From NCBI RefSeq assembly GCF_004010195.1, contig NC_057749.1, positions 26,890,949 through 26,912,352 of the forward strand: a stretch of DNA of 21,404 nucleotides, given 5' to 3'. Source of the stretch: Chiloscyllium plagiosum. Its lineage: Eukaryota. Positions 1-5,822 of the stretch are shown one piece after another (positions within the stretch are counted from its first letter, which is position 1; the number at the start of each line of letters is the position of its first letter). The position numbers and the translations under genes were made by a program. The notes under the pieces were generated by a model. The model was not told the origin of the DNA and made no database searches. It saw only the letters and a program-made list of their open reading frames with translations.

Positions 1-178
1 GCTCTGTCCTAAATGGTCTACCCCGTATTTTTAAGCTGTGTCCTCTGGTTCGGCACTCACCCATCAGTGGAAATATGTTTCCTACTGCCAGAGTGTCCAA
101 TCCTTTCATAATCTTATACGTCTCAATCAGATCTCCTCTCAATCTTCGAAACTCAAGGGTATACAAGCCCAGTCGCTT
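1..178 (-). mobile_element. CR1-clade LINE, ORF2 C-terminal fragment (continues off window)
   Basis: Minus strand translates RLGLYTLEFRRLRGDLIETYKIMKGLDTL...RTRGHSLKIRGRPFRTE, the typical CR1 ORF2 C-terminus. Confidence 0.9.
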
Positions 179-185
179 CAGTCTT

Positions 186-388
186 ACCAGACCATAGGAC
201 TGCTGTCTTATTAGAGAGAGGAGACTGGTGGTGATTTAACCTCAGGGCCACCAGATCTCAGGTGAGGGAAGAGGTTGAAAAGATCTTCATGGTACCTTCA
301 TGGTAACCTCAAACCAGTGAAAGGAATTGAACCCACACTGTTGGCATCACTGTGCTATACAAACCAACAATCCAGCCAACTGAGTTAA
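186..388 (-). mobile_element. tRNA-derived SINE
   Basis: Minus-strand A-box-like TAACTCAGTTGG (376-387) and B box GGTTCAATTCC (323-333), followed by a non-tRNA body; small internal duplication cttcatggta at ~285-305. Confidence 0.7.
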
Positions 389-399
389 ATCAATTTCCA

Positions 400-645
400 G
401 ATTAACTGTACTCACTGGAAGAAGAAGCAAAAATGAAAGAGCATAGATTATGTAATTGGCAAAAGAAGCATAAGGTAAACATGTGAAAAAACTTCACACA
501 GTAAGAGTTAGTGTCTAGAAGATGCTGCCTGAGTTTGTGGTGGTAGCAGATTAAATCAAGGAATTCAAAAGAGTATTCAACTGCTTTCTGAAAAGGAAGA
601 GAAAGGGAGAAAGTAGGAAAAGTATCACTGAATTGTTCATTGTGG
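400..645 (+). mobile_element. Highly decayed CR1 3' fragment
   Basis: Broken frames give EHR..VIGKRS, KNF.TQ and LPEFVVVAD*IKEFKRVFNCFLKR, resembling the CR1 ORF2 end (LP..VV.A..I..FKR.LD). Confidence 0.55.
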
Positions 646-650
646 GAAGT

Positions 651-744
651 GTCAAGATTAGAGTAGTGCTGGAAAAGCACAGCAGGTCAGGCAGCATCCA
701 AAAAGCAAGAAAATCGACTTTTCGGGCAAAAGCCCTTCTTCAGG
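651..744 (-). mobile_element. Penelope-like element terminal (pLTR) fragment with mutated hammerhead core
   Basis: Reverse complement cctgaagaagggcttttgcccgaaaagtcgatt...gatgctgcctgacctgctgtgcttttccagcac matches the terminus of the GIY-YIG-bearing element at 18400-19388. Confidence 0.85.
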
Positions 745-801
745 GGCTTATTAACCTGGGCCAATCAGGGATCTCTGGCTGACAGACATAAACAGGAGCC
801 C
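744..801 (+). promoter_or_regulatory. 5' LTR, proximal (U3) part with CCAAT box and TATA-like motif
   Basis: gggcttattaacctgggccaatcagggatctctggctgacaga aligns with the 3' LTR gggctgttaatctgggctaatcagggagccctggctgacaga (~10914-10955); CCAAT at 761-765, CATAAA at 787-792. The LTR start is missing where the Penelope fragment abuts. Confidence 0.8.
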
Positions 802-802
802 T

Positions 803-1325
803 ACTGGGGCGGGCTGCCCCAGAGATGGTCGGAAGGTGCTGAGGGTGGTTAGTGAAGCCGGAAGGTGGGTAGGCCGTCCTGACCACTGTCACCCCTGGTG
901 GGCTGTCCTAGAGGTGGTCGAAAGGTGTGTCAGGGCGGACCGAGAACTGGAAGGGGCATGGGGTGGACCGAGAACCGGAAGGTGGGTAGGGGCGGGCTTC
1001 CTTAGTGGTCGGAAGGTGGGAGGGGTGGGGGCTTGCTGAGTCTGTATTGTCTGCACTTTTGTATGTAACAGTACTGTGTAATGTACAACTGTCATTGCTG
1101 TTGTCTCTTTATATCTTTATGTGAAACTGGGATTTGAGGTTAGTCCTCATGTTCCTGTAAACTGTTTGAACGGGAGGGTTTGGGGCCTGGCTTTGCTGCT
1201 CCTCTCCCTTGTAAAATTGCTGTCTCTTGTATGCAGCTGTAAATGTAACTGTTTGTTGTAAACTGTTTTTGTAATTTGTTTAATAAAATAAAATATAAGT
1301 AGAAGCTCAAAAAATAAATAAATAA
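803..1325 (+). mobile_element. Array unit U1: unclassified retroposed 3' end, not homologous to U2-U9
   Basis: Flanked by identical 15-mers ATAAACAGGAGCCCT (788-802, 1326-1340); GC-rich repeats, then a T-rich UTR-like region, AATAAA and a (TAAA)n tail. Confidence 0.7.
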
Positions 1326-1340
1326 ATAAACAGGAGCCCT

Positions 1341-1577
1341 GCCCTTTGATGTGAAGGGCAATATTTGTCACTGGCCACCCGGGTGTTTTCCTATCTTCCT
1401 GGTGGTGGAACTTGAATAAAGATTCGTGTGTCTCACACCTGCACACACACACACACCATGGGTGCTGGGGGGAAAAAATAAGCACTACTGCACCTAGGTG
1501 GTAGTGTGGGGGTTAAAAAAAAAGGGAGAAAAAAGAATATATAAATAGTAATTTAAAAAAAAGAAATAAAAAAATAA
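1341..1577 (+). mobile_element. Array unit U2: Tx1-like 3' UTR only
   Basis: Homologous to the UTR that follows the ORF2 stop in U7/U8; A-rich tail then target motif. Confidence 0.85.
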
Positions 1578-1591
1578 ATAAACAGGAGCCT

Positions 1592-1798
1592 AAGGGCAGT
1601 GTTTGTCACTGGCCACCCGGGTATTTTCCTGTCTTCCTGGTGGTGGAAATTGAATAAAGATTCGTACACCTTGTGTCTCTCACTATGTCTCACACCTACA
1701 CACACACACCATGGGTGCTGGGGAAAAAATAAGCACTACTGCAGTTAGGCGGTAGTGTGGGGGTTAAAGGGAAAAAAAAGAAAAAATTTTTTTAAAAA
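1592..1798 (+). mobile_element. Array unit U3: Tx1-like 3' UTR only
   Basis: Same UTR (cactggccacccggg...aataaagattcgt...cactactgcagttaggcggtagtg), more deeply 5'-truncated. Confidence 0.85.
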
Positions 1799-1862
1799 AT
1801 AAACAGGAGCCTGCCCCCCACTTCACTGTTTGATCACACAGCATTGCCCTTTGATGTGAAGG

Positions 1863-2194
1863 AGAAAGTGAGGTCTGCAGACATGGATACAAGACCAAGT
1901 CAGATGTTGGAAATCCTGCAATGAGTGACTCTTCTCCTGACTCTCCAAAGCCTGCAGTCTTCTTCTTGCCCTCTCCGCCTCCACCCTACTCCGACCTATC
2001 ACCTTCACCTTTACCTCTTTCCACCTATCACATTTCCAACTCCCCTCCTCCAAGTCCCTCCTCCCTACCTTTTATCTTCTCCTGCTGAACACTCTCTGCT
2101 CATTCCTGAAGAAGGGCATGTGCCCGAAACGTCGAATCTTCTGTTCCCTAGATGCTGCCTGACCTGCTGTGCTGTTCCAGCAATAAAGTTTCAG
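1863..2194 (+). mobile_element. Penelope-like 3' fragment with inverted terminal piece, 14-bp target duplication
   Basis: ctttgatgtgaagg duplicated at 1849-1862 and 2195-2208; pyrimidine-rich UTR and pLTR homologous to ~19130-19340; ggagaaagtgaggtctgcaga (1861-1881) is the element terminus in reverse orientation. Confidence 0.85.
2102..2137 (+). ncRNA. Minimal type I hammerhead ribozyme motif (Penelope-associated)
   Basis: Stem I AUUC(2102-2105)/GAAU(2134-2137); core CUGAAGA (2106-2112); stem II GGGC-AUGU-GCCC; GAAA (2126-2129); palindromic ACGU stem III; predicted cleavage after GUC (C2133). Confidence 0.75.
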
Positions 2195-2489
2195 CTTTGA
2201 TGTGAAGGGCAATGCTTGTCACTGGCCACCCGGGTGTTTTCCTATCTTCCCGGTGGTGGAAATTGAATAAAGATTCGTGCACTTTGTGTCTCACACCTGC
2301 ACACACACACCATGGGTGCTAGGGGAAAAAAAACAGAGCATTAAAAATAAGCACTACTGCAGTTAGGCGGTAGTGTGGGGATAAAAAAAGACTGTAAGAA
2401 AACATAAATAAATAGATCAGTTCCCCCTCCAACTTTATTTTGATTTAGTCCCTGCCCTCCCCTTAGCAAAAAAAAATAAACAGGAGCCT

Positions 2490-2947
2490 GCCCCCCACTT
2501 CACCGTTTGATCACACAACATCGTCCTTTGATGTGAAGGGCTCTGCTTGTCACTGGCCACTTGGGTGTTTCCTTTCTTCCTTGTGGTGGAAATTGAATAA
2601 AGATTCGTACACCTTGTGTCTTTCACTGTGTCTCACACCTGCACACACATGAGTGCTGGGGAAAAAATAAGCACTACCGTAGTTAGGCGGTAGCGTGGGG
2701 GTAATAATAAGAAAAAGAGAAAAGAAAAAAAATAAATAGACAGGTATCTCCAAGGTTCTGTTCACTCTGAGAGCTGGCTCTGAGGGAGCTGGTTCAGTGT
2801 GGAGTGAAGGGAAGGACTCTGCTCTCTCAAGGGAAGAGGAGACTGATTTTTTGTCGTTGGTTTCTTTGCAGTAAGGAGTTTTATTTTGAAGTTCTTTTGG
2901 TTCTTTATATTGTTTACAGAAATTGTTTGTTTGTTTTCTGGGAAAAA
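2490..2947 (+). mobile_element. Array unit U5: Tx1-like 3' UTR plus ~200 bp appended sequence starting with LTR-like DNA
   Basis: UTR to ~2735; ~2736-2800 resembles LTR sequence downstream of the target (ctggctctgag..agctggt.cag, cf. 11192-11214); ends in an A run and the target motif. Confidence 0.8.
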
Positions 2948-2959
2948 ATAAACAGGAGC

Positions 2960-3213
2960 ACTCCCCCCCCCCCCCCCTTCACTGTTTGATCACACACCAA
3001 TGCCCTTTGATGTGAAGGGCACTGCTTATCACTGGCCATTTGGGTGCTCCTTTTCTTCCTGGTGGTGGAAATTAAATAAAGATTTGTGCACCTTGTGTCT
3101 TTCACTGTGTCTCACACCTGCACACACACATGGGTGCTGGTAAACAAAAAGCACCACCTCAGTTAGGCAGTAGTGTGTGGGGGGGGGGGGGGGGGAGGAG
3201 AAAAGAATTTTAA
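2960..3213 (+). mobile_element. Array unit U6: Tx1-like 3' UTR
   Basis: Homologous UTR with expanded C and G homopolymers. Confidence 0.85.
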
Positions 3214-3227
3214 AAACTGGAGTATCA

Positions 3228-4043
3228 TGCCTGGAAACGCCTTGGCGTGCCCATTTGCCACCGGGCAGTGGGGATCCCCAGTGGAGGGGGTCTCTACTTG
3301 AGAGTCCTCCCCCTTTCTCTCAGGGATCTGGGGTGGAGGGTGGTGCACACGGCAATCCCCTGCAACTGCAGATTGCAGTGGTTCACGGACTCCCAGACCA
3401 ACTGCTTGTTCTGTGGTGCTGTGGAGTCCGTGGACCATGCATATATTGGGTGTGGGCACTTGCACTCCCTTTTTGATTTTCTTAAAAACCTTCTTCTCTG
3501 TTTTCGGTTGCACTTCAGTCCCACGCTCCTGATCTTTGGACACCTGGTCCAGAGGATAGGTCAGAGGATCTCCCTATTCATCTCCTCCCGGACCTGTCCA
3601 AACAGGCCATAAATAGGTCCAGACAGCGGTCTGTGGAAGGGGTCGTTAGGGCCGATTGCCTGCCCCTCTTCCACAGTTATGTGAGAGTCCGGAAGTCCCT
3701 GGAGAAGGAGCATGCGGTGTCCACCAACACCCTTGACATTTTCAGGAAAAGGTGGGAGCCGCAGGGAGTGGAGTATATTATTTCCCCCTCCAACTCTATT
3801 TTGATCTAATCCCTGCCCTCCCCTTCACTGTTTGATTACGCAGCACTGCTCTCTGAAAAGGACACTGCTTGTCACTGGCCACTCGGGTGTCTCCTTTCTC
3901 CCTGGTGGTGGGATATAAATAAGGATTTACACTTTTGTTGTTTTTCACTGTGTTCGACACTTGCACACACACGACATGGGTGCTGGGGAGAAATAAGCAC
4001 TACCGCTGTCAGTCGGTAGTGTAGGGGGAGGAAAAAAAAAGAA
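3228..4043 (+). mobile_element. Array unit U7: Tx1-clade ORF2 C-terminus (CCHC zinc knuckle, frameshifted) plus 3' UTR
   Basis: DLGWRVVHTAIPCN..LQWFTDSQTNCLFCGAVESVDHAYIGC..LLLCFRLHFSPTLLIFG; CLFC..E..DH....C knuckle at 3403-3453; closely resembles the Xenopus Tx1 ORF2 C-terminus as recalled (WRVLH, FTDS, FWLHFSP); stop at 3807-3809. Confidence 0.88.
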
Positions 4044-4077
4044 AAACAGGAGTGTCAGTTTCTGAAAAAAAAGGAGC

Positions 4078-4836
4078 CCCACCACCCGGACACACCTTGG
4101 TGCGCCCATTTGCCACCGGGCGGTGGGGATCCCCAGTTGAGGGCTCCCTACAAGGGGGCCCTCCCCCTTTCTCTCAGGGATCTGGGATGAAGAGTGCTGC
4201 ATGCAGCAGTCCCCTGCAACAGCAGATCGCGGTGGTTGTTCTGTGGTGCTGTGGAGTCCATGGACCATGTATATATTGGTATGGGCATTTGCACTCCCTT
4301 TGTAGTTTGCTGGAAAACCTTCTCCTCTGCTTTTGGTTGCACATCAGTCCCACGCTCCTGCTCTTTGGGCAACCGGTGCAGAGGGGGGAGGGTAGGTCAG
4401 AGGACCTCCTCATGGGTCTGCTCCTGGGCCTAACCAAACTGGTCATAAACAGGTCCAGGCTGCAGGCTGTGGAGGAGGTCATTATGGCCAATTGCCTGCC
4501 CCTCTTCGATGGTTATGTCAGGCTCAGGTATCCCTGGAGACGGAGCATGTGGTGTCTACTAACACCCTCGAGGCTTTCAGGGAGATGGGCATCACAGGGA
4601 GTGGAGTGTTTTATTTCCCCCTCCAATTCTATTTTGATTTAATCCCTGCCCTTCCCTTCACTTTTTTGAACACTCAGCATTGCCTTTTGATAAGAAGGAC
4701 CGTGCTTGTCACCGGCCACTCTGGTGTTTCCTTTCTTCCTGGTGGTGGAAAATGAATAAAGATTTATACATTTGTTGTCTTTCACTGTGTCTCACACCTG
4801 CACACACAGGTGTGTGTGCTGGGAAAAAAAAGAAAA
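4078..4836 (+). mobile_element. Array unit U8: Tx1-clade ORF2 C-terminus plus UTR lacking the terminal hairpin
   Basis: LLLCFWLHISPTLLLFG...DLLMGLLLGLTKLVINRSR...WASQGVECFISPSNSILI* (stop 4640-4642); ends at the internal A run. Confidence 0.88.
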
Positions 4837-4850
4837 ATAAACAGGACCCT

Positions 4851-5617
4851 CACCACCTGGACACACCTTGGCATGCCCATTTTCCTGTAGGTGGTGGGGA
4901 TCCCCAGTGGAGGAGTCCTATGTGGGAGTCCTCCCCATTTCTCAGGGGTCTGGGGTGGAGGGTGCTGCACGCAGCAGTCCCCTGCAACAGCAGATTGCAG
5001 TGGTTCACGGACTCCCAGCCCATCTGTTCTTTGTTGCTGTGGTATCCATGGATCGTGTATATAATGGGGTGTGGGCGTTTGCACTCCTTTTTGATTTTCT
5101 TAAAAACCTTCTCCTCTGTTTCTGGTTGCACTTCAGCCCCACACTCCTGATCTTTGGGCACCAAATGCGGAAGGGTGTGGCGGTGGGGGGGGTTGGGATA
5201 AGTCACAGGACCACTTTATGGGTCTGCTCCTAGGCATGGCCAATCTGGCCATAAACAGGTCCACGCAGCGGGCCATGGAGGGGGTTGTTAGGGCCAACTG
5301 CTTGCCCCTCTTCTGTGGTTACATTCGAGCCTGGGTGTGGAGTGTTTTATTTCCCCTTCCAACTGAAGTTTGATTTTGTCCCTACCCTCCCCTTCACGTT
5401 TTTGATCATGCAGCATTACCCTCTGTCGAGAAGGGCACTGCTTGTCAGTGGCCACCCTGGTGTTTCCTTTCTTCCTTGTGGTGGAATATAAATAAAGATT
5501 TATGCATTTGTTGCTCTTCATTATGTCCGACACCTGCACACACACGACATGGGTGCTGAGGAAAAATAAACCCTACTGCTGTTAGGCAGTGGTGGAAAAT
5601 AAAATTAAACGGAAAAA
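4851..5617 (+). mobile_element. Array unit U9: Tx1-clade ORF2 C-terminus (internal deletion near 5337) plus UTR
   Basis: LDTPWHAHFP..GDPQWR, GLGWRVLHAAVPCNSRLQWFTDSQPIC, LLLCFWLHFSPTLLIFG; multiple frameshifts. Confidence 0.88.
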
Positions 5618-5740
5618 AAACAGGAGCCTGAATACTCCTAGGACTGGCTCTGATCTAGCTAGTCAAAATCCATTTACTGTGCACATGTAAACAAAGAGGT
5701 GATTTGGTGACGTAATACTTGCCTCCATGAAGTTATTTCA
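5618..5740 (+). repeat. 5' LTR, distal part
   Basis: Aligns by eye with 11156-11287 (gactggctctga.ctagct.gtca...tgtaaa.aaag..gtga.ttggt...gcctcc.tgaagttatttca); ends in CA. Confidence 0.9.
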
Positions 5741-5752
5741 GTGGCAATGAGA
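5741..5752 (+). promoter_or_regulatory. Degenerate primer-binding site
   Basis: gTGGcaatgaga directly after the LTR terminal CA; TGG start is expected for tRNA CCA pairing. Confidence 0.6.
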
Positions 5753-5822
5753 GAAAACAATATGCTCCTGAAGGAAAATTTGCAACAGTTGTCTTTGGGT
5801 TGGAGTAAACATTTCTGGAACT

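Larger units (their letters stand above)
1813..2475 (+). mobile_element. Array unit U4: Tx1-like 3' UTR, interrupted by a Penelope insert and followed by a short extra Tx1 fragment plus poly(A)
   Basis: UTR 1813-1862 resumes at 2209; after its tail, ~2420-2465 repeats the ORF2-end/UTR-start sequence (ttccccctccaact...ccctgccctcccctt), then an A run. Confidence 0.85.
788..5629 (+). repeat. Head-to-tail array of retroposed inserts separated by ATAAACAGGAG(CCT) target-site copies
   Basis: Motif or variant at 788, 1326, 1578, 1799, 2476, 2736, 2948, 3214, 4044/4073, 4837 and 5618; every copy after the first follows an A-rich tail, and all units share one orientation. Confidence 0.9.

Noticed and set aside
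788..802. U2 snRNA, 5S rRNA or tRNA target as in other site-specific Tx1 families
   Set aside because: The flanks align with the Gypsy 3' LTR, and I see no snRNA, rRNA or tRNA sequence around the target.
2962..3195. Long C and G runs bracketing U6 as a functional pairing element
   Set aside because: Both are expansions of short C/G runs present in other units; homopolymer slippage or sequencing error is sufficient.
3163..5545. Overlapping 100-196 aa ORFs as novel proteins
   Set aside because: They are frameshifted pieces, alternate frames or antisense frames of the Tx1 ORF2 C-terminus.
1341..5617. Simple satellite, recent tandem duplication or assembly stutter
   Set aside because: Units differ in length, 5' breakpoint, tail and many diagnostic bases, and a related insert occurs independently in the 3' LTR. 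Old local duplication of some pairs cannot be fully excluded.
788..5629. CRISPR-like repeat-spacer array
   Set aside because: Eukaryotic context; the 'spacers' are 200-800 bp homologous retrotransposon ends with A tails, the repeats are short target duplications, and there are no cas genes.
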